A stretch of DNA of 64,000 nucleotides, from assembly GCA_963677495.2 (NCBI GenBank), contig CAXXOU010000001.1, positions 672,001 through 736,000 of the forward strand. The letters run 5' to 3'. Positions 20,406 through 31,204 of this stretch are shown here, one piece after another; the first letter of the stretch is position 1; each line of letters opens with the position of its first letter. Made by a program: the position numbers and the translations under genes. Below the pieces are notes generated by a model. That model was not told the DNA's origin and did not search any database. It worked only from the letters and a program-made list of their open reading frames with translations. This DNA is from Candidatus Cloacimonadales bacterium (lineage in GTDB: Bacteria; Cloacimonadota; Cloacimonadia; Cloacimonadales; JAFGVF01).

Positions 20406-22454
20406 ATGAAACGTCTGTTAAGCCTTATCTTAATTACCATTATTATCAGTCTTTGGGCCGGGGATACAGTTGATGTTGAAAGCAGTAATTATTATGAGAA
20501 GCTGACAAGAGATTTGCCACAAAACAGTGAGTTCTTTAACTCTTTGCAAAGCTATCGTGAACCTGTGACTTTCTTTAAAAACAATGAGTTAGACAAATTA
20601 AGATCTAACCCGTTGTATCTAGCTGATTTAACTAAATCAATACGAAAGAATCTTAATCGAAAAGATGATGCAAAACTGCTTTATCTTCTGGATTTAATGG
20701 GGCAGAATAGTGACAAGTATCCTCGAAACTACTATTTCTTCCAAGACTTGTATAGCGAAGATGTTTTGAAGCCAAAGGATATTTTCTCATACGTATACTA
20801 CCTCTACGAGACAGTATCTCTTTTGTATAAGCATGTGTTCGATAAGCTCTCTGATGAGGATATGTATCTGCTTCTAAACTATGTTGAGCGTGATGTAGAC
20901 GCACCTAATACTATTAATGATGAGCACATTGAAGCACTAATTGAGAAGGTAGATTTTGTAAATCTTTATAAAGCAGGTTTCATCTTGAATACCGGTCTTT
21001 CCGTGATAAGTAAAGAAGCTGATAAACTTGCATACACTAACAATAAGCCACTCATTAACAAATCCCGATATGGCAAGATGATAATCGGTACAATCGGAGA
21101 AGATATCTATTCTGAGGACTATTCTTTTATACTTGATCCGGGTGGTGATGATACCTACAATTTGCCTGAAATAGGTGAGAAACAGTACTTCGGTCTTGTT
21201 GATATAGCAGGTAATGACACATACCTCAGCACAAACAGATTGTTATCAGTGAACTATGGAATTAGCTGCAGCTTCGATTTGAAAGGAAATGATTCTTACA
21301 GAGCTGATAGAATGCTTTCAGCCCAGTTTGGTTATCAATTCCATAGAGATGAGAAGGGTGACGACATCTACACAGCTGAGAGTCGCTCATGTGGCTATGC
21401 AAGCTTTGGACTCTCACTTAATCAGGATACCGGTGGTAATGATGTTTACCTTGTTGATAGTTACTCTTTAGGATCGGCATTTAGTGGTGGAATGGGAATT
21501 CTCATTGATAAGTGGGGAGATGATCTATATCTAAGCAAGCCAATTGATGACAATAAGACATGCTCCCAAGGTTTTGGTTGGGGTTCTTCAAACTGTGACG
21601 GAGGTTTTGGAATACTCTTTGATAAAGAGGGGAATGATGCTTATTTCATAACAGGACTCGGTCAGTCAGCCGGTGCAATGAATGGAGTAGGTATCCTTAT
21701 TGATGAAGTTGGGAACGACAACTTCAATGGTGGTGCACGAGTACAGGGTTATGCAGAACATGGGTCTTTTGCCTCCTTTTATAATGGTGAAGGAGACGAT
21801 AAATACATGCTTTCATCTGAAAAAGTAAGTTCATCTGCCCAACGTTGGTCCTTTGTTTTAAAAAGAGACTTTGCAGGAAACGATTTATACTGCAACCCAT
21901 TTGGTCCACTATTCTCATTCCAGGAGTCAGGATATTACATGTTTGACTTTAATGGAGATGATGACTATAGATGCTCAATGCAGGATAGTACCCTTTATTC
22001 AGTAGGAACCGGACTGTTTCAAGATATCTATGGTTCAGATAATTATGGTGATGAGTTCTTTGCAAATGACAGTACACTAACTTCCGGGTATTATTGTACT
22101 TTCATGGATAACAATTCGATTCCTACCCCTCTTATTGGAGAGTTTAACAAGGTGGAAAGAATCATTTACAATGACGACTTAATGACTGATAGAGAATTGA
22201 TAAAGCTTAGGAAAAAAGTTGAAGCTGTTTATAGATTAAATGCTTTACCTGACTCAACTGATGGGAAGTGGGAATTGGTAAATGATCTTGTAGGCAACCC
22301 AGAAGAGTCTATTCGATATGCATTACTGGATCTGTTTACAAGACATAATTATGGAGAGAATAACGCATCTATTCTTGATAGTCTTTGTATAGATAAATCC
22401 TTTCGTGTATCAGTCAAAGCAAAGCAGATAAAAGGAATGTTAAAGCATAAATAG
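20406..22454 (+). CDS. Exported protein with ~12 DxxGxDxY repeats and HEAT-like tail
   Basis: Signal peptide; repeats DPGGDDTY, DIAGNDTY, DLKGNDSY etc. Confidence 0.8.
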   Translation: MKRLLSLILITIIISLWAGDTVDVESSNYYEKLTRDLPQNSEFFNSLQSYREPVTFFKNNELDKLRSNPLYLADLTKSIRKNLNRKDDAKLLYLLDLMGQNSDKYPRNYYFFQDLYSEDVLKPKDIFSYVYYLYETVSLLYKHVFDKLSDEDMYLLLNYVERDVDAPNTINDEHIEALIEKVDFVNLYKAGFILNTGLSVISKEADKLAYTNNKPLINKSRYGKMIIGTIGEDIYSEDYSFILDPGGDDTYNLPEIGEKQYFGLVDIAGNDTYLSTNRLLSVNYGISCSFDLKGNDSYRADRMLSAQFGYQFHRDEKGDDIYTAESRSCGYASFGLSLNQDTGGNDVYLVDSYSLGSAFSGGMGILIDKWGDDLYLSKPIDDNKTCSQGFGWGSSNCDGGFGILFDKEGNDAYFITGLGQSAGAMNGVGILIDEVGNDNFNGGARVQGYAEHGSFASFYNGEGDDKYMLSSEKVSSSAQRWSFVLKRDFAGNDLYCNPFGPLFSFQESGYYMFDFNGDDDYRCSMQDSTLYSVGTGLFQDIYGSDNYGDEFFANDSTLTSGYYCTFMDNNSIPTPLIGEFNKVERIIYNDDLMTDRELIKLRKKVEAVYRLNALPDSTDGKWELVNDLVGNPEESIRYALLDLFTRHNYGENNASILDSLCIDKSFRVSVKAKQIKGMLKHK

Positions 22455-22464
22455 AGGAGTTGAA

Positions 22465-24912
22465 ATGACAAAGGTTCTAGTACTTTGTATCTTATTAGTT
22501 AGCTATATTACTTTGAGCACAATTATGATTAGTGACAGTGAAAAAGAGATTCTGGAAAAGCAACTACAAAAGGCTCAACTACGTAGCACTGATTTAAAGT
22601 TTTTGAAAGATTGGGTGCCATATACAGAATTTAAGCTTGAACCTGTTGTCAATGCTTTGAATGACCCACTTTCTCTGCCTACCTTTGCAGAAGAACTTAA
22701 GCAAGCTTCAGAATATGGTGACACAGCCCTTTGCAACTATCTACAAAGTTTGATTACTGATTATACGATTGAGCTTGAATATGATGTAAACTACCATAGT
22801 ATGCAACTCATAAAGGAGATTAATAAACCGGAACGCCTTTTTAAGTTTGTTACTACTTTCTTTGAGATAGCTAATGAAAAGTATTTAAAGGCTTTTGAGA
22901 GTCTAAATAGTGATGAACTTATTAAGCTAAAACGATATGCTTCCACTAATTTCATGGAATCAGAAGACTCTCTAAAATATCAGGATCTATTCAAAGATAT
23001 GAACTTCTCCTGGGATGATGAAGAGCATGATATAGAAGATGTAGAAGAGCTTCAGCAGCTGATAAAAAAGGTTAACATTACTGAGTTGATGGAAGCTGGT
23101 TATGCGATACACATTTGTGGTGAATTGATCAAAGATAACCTTGATAATATGCACTTCAAAAAAGAAAATGTAGTTAAAGAAACTAGATGGGGTCGTATGG
23201 CATTCGGTTCTTCCAAAACAGATACATACGAAGGTGGATATGCTTTTATCCTAGATCCGGGTGGAGATGACCTTTATACTAATATTCAAAGCACAAACAC
23301 TCCTCTTTCACTTGTAATTGATAAAGCCGGTAATGACTATTTTCAAAGCACTAAGGTTGCAGCTTTATTCAGTGGACTTTTTTCTATATCTATTGGTTAT
23401 GATTTGGAAGGTGATGATACCTACCGTGGAGATGACCTTAGTTTTGCAACATCATTGGGTTACCAATACTTTGAAGATAGCAACGGTGATGACTACTATC
23501 AGGGTGGAGTTTATTCAGTCGCATCAGCCTCATATGGTGTCTCTATAATTAGAGATAGAGGAGGTAATGACCGTTATTCTACAGCTATGTACGGTGAAGG
23601 TTTTGGTGGCACTCTCGGTATTGGTGCGATTTATGATTTATCCGGAAATGATATGTATGTTGCCGGTGGAAAGCATCTGCATAAACCGCTTGCCCCATTT
23701 GATTATCTCTGTATGGCACAAGGTTTTGGATTTGGTGGTAGACCTGACATGGGTGGCGGAATCGGATTACTTCATGATAAATCCGGTAATGATAGCTACC
23801 AGGGTGGTGTTTACTCACAAGCAGGGGGGTATTGGTATGCACTAGGTTTACTCCTAGATGAAGATGGCAATGATTTCTACAACTCAGTTTATTACCCACA
23901 AGGAACAGGTATCCATTTGGCTGCTGGTTACCTTTGGGATGGAGCAGGAGAAGATAGTTACTACTCAAAGCATGGTCCGGGACAAGGTGCCGGACATGAT
24001 TATGGTGTAGGTTTCTTGATCGATAGGGATGGAGATGATCATTACTCTATTGAAGGTGGAAACGGGCTTGGATTAACCAATTCTGTTGGTATTTTCCTTG
24101 ATGCAAAAGGTAATGACCGTTACGAAAGGAAGAATAAAAGCAACTTTGCTCATGCGAATACTGCAAGGGGAACCGGGGGAATTGGTATATTCCTTGATTT
24201 GCAAGGTAAAGATTATTATGCATCTGAGGTGTGCAAAGATGACACGACTTGGGTTAGTGGCTATTGGGGTGTCGGTATTGACACTCTTTCCACATTTGTT
24301 GAAGAAAAGGCAGTTGAAAAGCTGGCTGAGGAAACTGTAGCTGAAGTTGACTCTCTCGCTTCTATCGAGGAGCTTTTCTCTGTTGCTTGTGAATGGGAAG
24401 TAGGTTCAGCAGTTGAGAGAGTGAAGAAAGCAAGAAAGTACCTTCTTGGTAGAGAAGTTGAAGCTTCTAAGTACATCTCCGAAGAAGCAATGGACAGTAA
24501 GTCCGGACTAGTTTATCGGGCTATATATGATTTTGCGAAGAATTCTGAGTTATTCCGCATGACCTTTGATATGGGCTTTGAGCACCCAGACAGTCTGGTC
24601 GTAAAGAAATATATATCACTTACTGCAGATTTAGCAGACAGTACGCATGTAGGCAGACTAAAACAGTTCCTCAAAGATAAGATGTACGTTACTACAGTTC
24701 TAAGTGCTATTGGTAGTTTTAAAAACGATGAATCTTTAGAGATACTTTCTGACTATACTGATTCATCATCAGAAAGGATAAGGTTCACTGTAGCATCAAT
24801 CCTTAAAAGCTTTAAGACTGATAAGGCTGATGAGATTCTTTTTACTATGAAAGAGGATGAATCTTTCCTTGTCAGGAGTTTAATTAGGATATATCAAGGG
24901 AAAAAGAAATAG
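22465..24912 (+). CDS. Exported paralog with ~12 DxxGxDxY repeats and HEAT repeats
   Basis: Signal peptide; FILDPGGDD shared with upstream gene; QGFG/QGAG spacers. Confidence 0.8.
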   Translation: MTKVLVLCILLVSYITLSTIMISDSEKEILEKQLQKAQLRSTDLKFLKDWVPYTEFKLEPVVNALNDPLSLPTFAEELKQASEYGDTALCNYLQSLITDYTIELEYDVNYHSMQLIKEINKPERLFKFVTTFFEIANEKYLKAFESLNSDELIKLKRYASTNFMESEDSLKYQDLFKDMNFSWDDEEHDIEDVEELQQLIKKVNITELMEAGYAIHICGELIKDNLDNMHFKKENVVKETRWGRMAFGSSKTDTYEGGYAFILDPGGDDLYTNIQSTNTPLSLVIDKAGNDYFQSTKVAALFSGLFSISIGYDLEGDDTYRGDDLSFATSLGYQYFEDSNGDDYYQGGVYSVASASYGVSIIRDRGGNDRYSTAMYGEGFGGTLGIGAIYDLSGNDMYVAGGKHLHKPLAPFDYLCMAQGFGFGGRPDMGGGIGLLHDKSGNDSYQGGVYSQAGGYWYALGLLLDEDGNDFYNSVYYPQGTGIHLAAGYLWDGAGEDSYYSKHGPGQGAGHDYGVGFLIDRDGDDHYSIEGGNGLGLTNSVGIFLDAKGNDRYERKNKSNFAHANTARGTGGIGIFLDLQGKDYYASEVCKDDTTWVSGYWGVGIDTLSTFVEEKAVEKLAEETVAEVDSLASIEELFSVACEWEVGSAVERVKKARKYLLGREVEASKYISEEAMDSKSGLVYRAIYDFAKNSELFRMTFDMGFEHPDSLVVKKYISLTADLADSTHVGRLKQFLKDKMYVTTVLSAIGSFKNDESLEILSDYTDSSSERIRFTVASILKSFKTDKADEILFTMKEDESFLVRSLIRIYQGKKK

Positions 24913-24959
24913 AGAAGCTTCTATTGATTGCAATTGGCAATAGTAGATGTAAATAGGTT

Positions 24960-24992
24960 AAAAAAGGATGAGTACGAGAGACTCATCCTTTT
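24960..24992. terminator. Bidirectional terminator
   Basis: AAAAGGATGAGT/ACTCATCCTTTT between convergent genes. Confidence 0.85.
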
Positions 24993-25010
24993 GTAATATT
25001 GTATGAATGA

Positions 25011-28000
25011 TTATCTGATCGCAGTTACTTTAAAGAACTGCTTATTCGCAAAATTGTTTGGGTTAATATCAAAGAACAGCTCTGTAATCCCATTTCCAAT
25101 AATTTGCCAGTTATCACTGCTAGGGTCATCTGCAGAATAGACTTTATATGATGTTGCGTTACTTACGACATCCCAACCAATTCTCAACTGAGTTGGTGAG
25201 AGTTCTGTAATAGTAATATTAAATGGTGTCTCGATTGTGCCACCGTTAAGTATTGTACATGTTTCATCATACCACGGAGCAAAGTCGACACGACCATTTC
25301 CCTCTTCATCATCATATATCGTAGCATCTACAGTTAGCTCATCAGTGCTACCCCAATAGACATAAGGAGCTGACAATACGGTTTGAGAATTGTTGTAGAA
25401 ATTATAGTTTGTATTGTTATGAACCTTATTCCATTGAGTAGAGTTTGTGCCAAAGTTAATGGTACCTGAATCATAATGAATACCCTTATTCTGGCAGTTA
25501 GTAATCTCGGAATTTACTACTGTAACTGTTCCATCATCTATAATCATACCATTCCAATCACAATCACCTATATAGCAATCAGTAATAGTAACATCAGAGT
25601 TACCATAAGAAGCGAATAGATGATAGTCAGAGTACCTGAATTGGCAACTCGAGAAGTTAACAGTGCTATTCTCTACATAGACAGCTTTCTTGTCGTGGTT
25701 GTATGAATAAGCTTCGTCAAAACCGGCATTTTCTACGATAAGATAATCAATATTGCTATCATATTCTGTATTTTGGAACCTAATTCCATTCCAATAGCTG
25801 TCAGTACCTGTAGTTGTACTACGCATAATCACAGGATTTGCTAACGTACCATTGCAGTTCAAACCACCCTGAATAAACAAACTATATTCATCAGAAAAAT
25901 GAAGCTCTACACCAGCCTCTAGAGTAAGAACATCCCAATCAGTTATGTAGCTAGTCCTGGTCATTTTATATGGTATTCCTGTATTGGACCAGGTAGCATT
26001 ATGATGCAGATGTGTTGATGTTATCTCGTAATACAAATCATTAGAATTTAAGTCGTAAGATACATCCTGAAAACTATCAACTTGATCAATATTGATCTTC
26101 ATCGGAGTGAGAGAACCATTAACAACAGTGATATTCTCAACTAATGCATTAAGATTCTGATCATCTACTCTGATACCATTTGTAACAAAGCCATCAATAG
26201 ATACATTCCTAACGTAAAGACTGTCGGTATCTTGAGTGCCATCTACGAATAGCCCTGTACCGAGAGAGTTATTAATTGCACAATTATCAAGTCTTAGTCT
26301 GGAAGCACCTTCATCAAAAATTGTGTATGTATGATGTCCGTAAGGACTTGTTTCTCCCCCATCATTGAACTCGCAATATTCAAAATCACCATTACCACCA
26401 TTACGTACCTGAATAGTCTGCCAATTCTCTGTACAGAAAGGAGATTTGTTGAAGGTTATGGGTTGAGAAGGAGTTCCTACAGCACTAATATTACCATTAA
26501 TAGTAAAACCACGGGAGTCATCAATATATAGCTCAACACCCGGCTCAATTATAAGAGTTTGATTACCATAAAGATTGATTGTCTCCATAAGTAAATATGG
26601 GATGCCAAAGTTATGGATAGTCTCTGAATCAATGTACCCTGAGTTCTCTAACTTTATATAGTGATGAGTATTGTTAGTAAACTGGAGATTTGCTAAATCA
26701 GTAACATCTTTGACACTGATGATTAGTGGGAAACCATTAGCATTATTAACATTCAAGCCATCAATGCTCATATTTACTCCTGAATCAAAAGCTACAACAC
26801 CATCCGAAGCAACATTATCAATATCGAGATTGTTTATCGTAAGTATATCAGCACTATTCGAGTCAATCACTCCTAACCCATATCCATCGGAATTGGATAT
26901 TGTACAATTATTTATCTCTAAATTTTCACATTCAGATACCGAAATAGTTGGGGTAATGGACCCATTTGAAGAGTTAACTCCACCCCCATAATTGAAATCG
27001 CAATATTCGAAAATAGCATTATAAGAGCTACTACGCAATACTATACTAAACCAGTTATCTTCAGAAGAGTTAGGTCTGTCAAAAGTGATATGATTATCAG
27101 AAGTTCCTTGAGCAAAAATCTGGGAGTTAATACTAAACTGTCTATCATCTCGAAGCAGTATTGTAACACCCGGTTCAATAGTTGTTGATCCATATTCAAA
27201 ATAGTTAGTATCAAACTCATAAGGATAACCGAAGTTTCTGATAACATTGTTAGTTACATAGGCATTTCTATGTAACAGTATCCTTTGCTGTGAATTTGAG
27301 CTGAGACTTATTGAATTAATACCTTTCACAGCATTACCGGTAGCCCTTACAGGATAGGCATTACAGTTACTAATTTGTATGTTCGTAATATCTGTTTGTA
27401 AGTAAGAGCCATCAACTCTGAATCCTTCATTGACGCAATTATCAATTGTTACATTATTTAGTACAAGTATATCTCCATTATCTGATTGGTAGCTATAGAT
27501 ACCTCTACCTTCTGAGTTAGTGATTGTAACATCTGAGATATATAAAGAATCTACATCTGATAGATAAATCATATCTTGAACAGAGCCATTATCAGGATTT
27601 TGAACACCACCATTGTTAAAGCTGCAATTTATTAATGAGCCCCTTGTACTACCTGCGTAGAATAATACTCCATACCAGTTTTCTGTGTTTAAGGGGGTTG
27701 TATCGAAGGTAATGGGATTAGCTTGTGTACCTTCCGCAATAAGAGCTCCTGAGATGCGGAATTGGACATAATCCCTAAACTGCATCTCTGTTCCCGGTTC
27801 TATAGTGATAGTTGCCCATGAATGTGTGTATAATGAATTCAATATCTCATATGGATATCCGTAATTATAAAAAGTCATTGAACCTATATTCCCTGATCCG
27901 GCTATAAGGAAAGAGTTCCTTAAGTTCCCGCTTAAAGTTGGAAGGCTAAGACCTGAGATACTATTAGGGTGAATTTTTATAGCATCATCACAGTTGGTTA

Positions 28001-29333
28001 TAGTAAGATTATTTGTTGCTAAAGAGATCTCATCATTGGTCATGTTTATCCCATAACCAGAACATCCATTTATAGTTACAGTATCTAAAGTGATACTACA
28101 AGGGAAATTGCTGTGTGTGTAAAGAACAGATGATTGCCCACCATTGAAACTGCTGTTCCCTACATACAATGAATCAATATCTGAGATGTAGAACGTCTGA
28201 TAATCATAACCATACTGATTATCATAACCACCATTATCAAAATGGCAGTAATCAAATGATGAAGATGCTGAAGAACTAAATCTAATACTACACCAATGTC
28301 CATTATTTGAGTCAAAATAGATTGGATTAGTTGATGTCCCATTTGCTTGTATAGCACCGTTAACAGTCAAAATGTTGAACTCTTCAAAATGAACTATTGT
28401 ACCCGGATCAATCGTCAGTGTATCACCTGATGTAATAGAGCAATGGTTATCAAAAAGGTATGGAACTGAGAAGTCAGGAAGTGTGCAATCAGAAGTAATT
28501 GAACTACCCAGTATCAGAAGATGGTCAGTTCCATCTGTATTTATGCTCATATTAGTAAAATTATCATAAAGATGAGCTAATGCTTCGATTGGATATGAGG
28601 ATGAGTTACTGATTGTTAGATTTGATGCATTAAATGTTGGAGAACAGTTTATATAAACCGATGTGTTAACATTATTCGTTGTCATCCCATTAACCAGGAC
28701 ATTTGAACTCGAAGAATCTTGTATCTTCAAGGCTGTAGATGAGCAATTATTGAATGAGTTATTATTGAGTATGACAGATCCTGAAGTGTTTCTTAGATGA
28801 ACTCCATTGTTGGACAAATTCCAAAATGTACTATTTGATACATTTATGTCACAACTACTATTATAAGAGTATATTGCAGGTCCACTGTCACTGATTTCAA
28901 AGTTACAATAATTGAAAGTAACTCCATTACAGTTGTTTGATATTCTTAGTAGACCATCGTAAGCATTTCCTGCTTCAAAATTACAGTAAGTGAACTGACC
29001 ACTTCCACCGTTATCAAACTTTAGCCTAGTTCCCCTATTCGAGGGCTCATAATTATAATTAAATGGTAGAAAATCAATTGGAAAAGTATCAGTACCGTTT
29101 GCTAAAATTGAACCAACAACAAGAAGTTGAGACCCACTTGCGAATTCTACTATAACTCCTTCTTGAATTGTAAGCGTAGCAGTACTATTAACTGAAATAT
29201 AGCCATGAATTATGTAGGTATTTCCGAAATACCAAGTTGTATTGCTTGTGATATTAGAATTGACGTCTATATCTACTGCATATATCAGACAGGCAAATAT
29301 GATCGTCACCCATATAAGTAAAAACTTTTTCAC
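25011..29333 (-). CDS. Secreted right-handed beta-helix repeat protein (six ~200-aa modules), FN3-like tail
   Basis: GTG start, signal peptide; six TI(E/D)PG...A.GT..NPI.F...W-type modules. Confidence 0.85.
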   Translation of the reverse strand: MKKFLLIWVTIIFACLIYAVDIDVNSNITSNTTWYFGNTYIIHGYISVNSTATLTIQEGVIVEFASGSQLLVVGSILANGTDTFPIDFLPFNYNYEPSNRGTRLKFDNGGSGQFTYCNFEAGNAYDGLLRISNNCNGVTFNYCNFEISDSGPAIYSYNSSCDINVSNSTFWNLSNNGVHLRNTSGSVILNNNSFNNCSSTALKIQDSSSSNVLVNGMTTNNVNTSVYINCSPTFNASNLTISNSSSYPIEALAHLYDNFTNMSINTDGTDHLLILGSSITSDCTLPDFSVPYLFDNHCSITSGDTLTIDPGTIVHFEEFNILTVNGAIQANGTSTNPIYFDSNNGHWCSIRFSSSASSSFDYCHFDNGGYDNQYGYDYQTFYISDIDSLYVGNSSFNGGQSSVLYTHSNFPCSITLDTVTINGCSGYGINMTNDEISLATNNLTITNCDDAIKIHPNSISGLSLPTLSGNLRNSFLIAGSGNIGSMTFYNYGYPYEILNSLYTHSWATITIEPGTEMQFRDYVQFRISGALIAEGTQANPITFDTTPLNTENWYGVLFYAGSTRGSLINCSFNNGGVQNPDNGSVQDMIYLSDVDSLYISDVTITNSEGRGIYSYQSDNGDILVLNNVTIDNCVNEGFRVDGSYLQTDITNIQISNCNAYPVRATGNAVKGINSISLSSNSQQRILLHRNAYVTNNVIRNFGYPYEFDTNYFEYGSTTIEPGVTILLRDDRQFSINSQIFAQGTSDNHITFDRPNSSEDNWFSIVLRSSSYNAIFEYCDFNYGGGVNSSNGSITPTISVSECENLEINNCTISNSDGYGLGVIDSNSADILTINNLDIDNVASDGVVAFDSGVNMSIDGLNVNNANGFPLIISVKDVTDLANLQFTNNTHHYIKLENSGYIDSETIHNFGIPYLLMETINLYGNQTLIIEPGVELYIDDSRGFTINGNISAVGTPSQPITFNKSPFCTENWQTIQVRNGGNGDFEYCEFNDGGETSPYGHHTYTIFDEGASRLRLDNCAINNSLGTGLFVDGTQDTDSLYVRNVSIDGFVTNGIRVDDQNLNALVENITVVNGSLTPMKINIDQVDSFQDVSYDLNSNDLYYEITSTHLHHNATWSNTGIPYKMTRTSYITDWDVLTLEAGVELHFSDEYSLFIQGGLNCNGTLANPVIMRSTTTGTDSYWNGIRFQNTEYDSNIDYLIVENAGFDEAYSYNHDKKAVYVENSTVNFSSCQFRYSDYHLFASYGNSDVTITDCYIGDCDWNGMIIDDGTVTVVNSEITNCQNKGIHYDSGTINFGTNSTQWNKVHNNTNYNFYNNSQTVLSAPYVYWGSTDELTVDATIYDDEEGNGRVDFAPWYDETCTILNGGTIETPFNITITELSPTQLRIGWDVVSNATSYKVYSADDPSSDNWQIIGNGITELFFDINPNNFANKQFFKVTAIR

Positions 29334-29422
29334 GATATCCTCCGTATTTATACATAGTTAGCTATATAAGAAAATTAAGGTTACGTGATAAGTCAAGCTA
29401 TAAAGTGATTAAGGTTCAGCAT

Positions 29423-30145
29423 TTAATATTGAAAAAGCTTATGAGCTCCTCTACTAATAGGAAGTTCCGTATGTTTCTTATCTTGCATTCGTGCTATCCA
29501 TTTAACTGAGCTTAGCTTAATAATCTCTTTTATATAAATGCTATTAACTAGATTACCTCTATGTAATCTAAGAAAGCTTTTGCCTAACTCTGTTTCAAGC
29601 TGACTTAATGTCTTTGTCACCAAATATGAGTCATTATAAGTATGAATCCGTGTATATTTAGAATCTGAGCTACAGAAATAAATCTCATCCGGTGTTAGAA
29701 ATACTATCTTGTTATCTGCCTGAATTGAGATACGTTTAGGAGTATTTAGATATTCTAATAATGAGTCTATTCTTGCATCGCTAGTTTGTCCTAACTGCTC
29801 CAGTTTATCAATTGCTTTGGCAATCTTATCAGCAGACAAAGGCTTAAGAACATAATCAATTGTGAGATTATCAAATGCATCAAGAGCGTATTGGTCAAAT
29901 GCTGTTGTAAAGATAACTTTAGGTTTATAATCAAGTCTTTTGAGCACATCAAATCCATTAAACCCCGGGATTTGGATATCAAGAAAGACTAATTGAGGTT
30001 TCAGTTCATTTATAATACCCACTGCATCCGGTCCATTAGCTGCAGTCCCAACTATCTCTACTTTATTCTCAAACTCAACTAGTATTCGCTTTAAACTACT
30101 CATTGCAATGACTTCATCTTCAACTAGAACAGTCTTATAGCTCAT
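29423..30145 (-). CDS. LytTR-family response regulator
   Basis: VEDE, VFLDIQ, FTTAF, DYVLKP receiver; FLRLHRG.LVN LytTR domain. Confidence 0.93.
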   Translation of the reverse strand: MSYKTVLVEDEVIAMSSLKRILVEFENKVEIVGTAANGPDAVGIINELKPQLVFLDIQIPGFNGFDVLKRLDYKPKVIFTTAFDQYALDAFDNLTIDYVLKPLSADKIAKAIDKLEQLGQTSDARIDSLLEYLNTPKRISIQADNKIVFLTPDEIYFCSSDSKYTRIHTYNDSYLVTKTLSQLETELGKSFLRLHRGNLVNSIYIKEIIKLSSVKWIARMQDKKHTELPISRGAHKLFQY

Positions 30146-31163
30146 CTATATCCTCCAACACGATTCGTGCTTCGAATCCTTCGTCCGAATAATTTATGCT
30201 TAGCTCTCCGTTCACTACACCACTTTGTTTTAATAACCCTCGTACACTCTTTAAACCAAATCCTGTATCCGTGCTTGTTGCTACCTTATCACAATCATTG
30301 AGTACTGATATAATCGTATTCTGACCCTCATTGAAGCACTTCACTATTATTGACCCACCACTACTTAGTTTAGATATACCATGTTTAATAGCATTCTCCA
30401 CTAATGTCAGAACTGTCAACGGTGGTACTTCTATATCTTCTACAATATTCTCAATACTATACATTAAGCGGTTACCAAAACGGATACTCTCAATCTGTAA
30501 GTACTTTTCCACAATTTCCAACTCAGCATCCAGAGGAACTAAGATATTCTTTGATACATCCAGATTATACCTTAAAAGGTCAGACAACATCTGAACCATT
30601 CTATCAGCCTTTTCTTTATCAATATAGATGAGCCCTGATATTGAGTTAAGAGTATTGAAGAGGAAGTGTGGATTCACTCTATGCCTAAGCGACATAAGTT
30701 CAGCATCAATTCGAGCAGCTTTTTCCTGACTTAAGCGTAAAGCCTTCATATTATTAGCATGGATTAGAGTAAATAGGACATAAGCAGAAATTCCAAATAT
30801 GATGCTTAAAGCAATAAAGAGTAGCATATTGCTTATATTAAAGAATTGAAAGTCCCAACCTAGTAGGACTCGATTAATCTTTGCACCGATAAATCCACCA
30901 ACTATCCCGGCACTAATCAAGACAAGTGCAATTAAAACTACTCTTATTCTCTTATTCATTCTAAGAAAATCTAAACCTGTTAGACCTGAATATATTAAGA
31001 AACCGATACAGTTCGAATAGATTAGATTTCCTATAAAGAGCTCTAATAGTGGAACCCTAATCCTAATCATCATCAAAGTAGTTAAAATTATTGCAATAAC
31101 CAAATCAACAAGCATTAAGACAAGAATCTTCTTAGGCATAAACAGTTCTTTTAAATATCTCAT
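30135..31163 (-). CDS. LytS/YehU-type sensor histidine kinase
   Basis: Four TM segments, NPHFLFNTLN, LVENAIKHG. Confidence 0.93.
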   Translation of the reverse strand: MRYLKELFMPKKILVLMLVDLVIAIILTTLMMIRIRVPLLELFIGNLIYSNCIGFLIYSGLTGLDFLRMNKRIRVVLIALVLISAGIVGGFIGAKINRVLLGWDFQFFNISNMLLFIALSIIFGISAYVLFTLIHANNMKALRLSQEKAARIDAELMSLRHRVNPHFLFNTLNSISGLIYIDKEKADRMVQMLSDLLRYNLDVSKNILVPLDAELEIVEKYLQIESIRFGNRLMYSIENIVEDIEVPPLTVLTLVENAIKHGISKLSSGGSIIVKCFNEGQNTIISVLNDCDKVATSTDTGFGLKSVRGLLKQSGVVNGELSINYSDEGFEARIVLEDIDEL

Positions 31164-31204
31164 ACTTACTCCTATCTATTCTGATTATCTCTTTGTCAAT
31201 CGAT

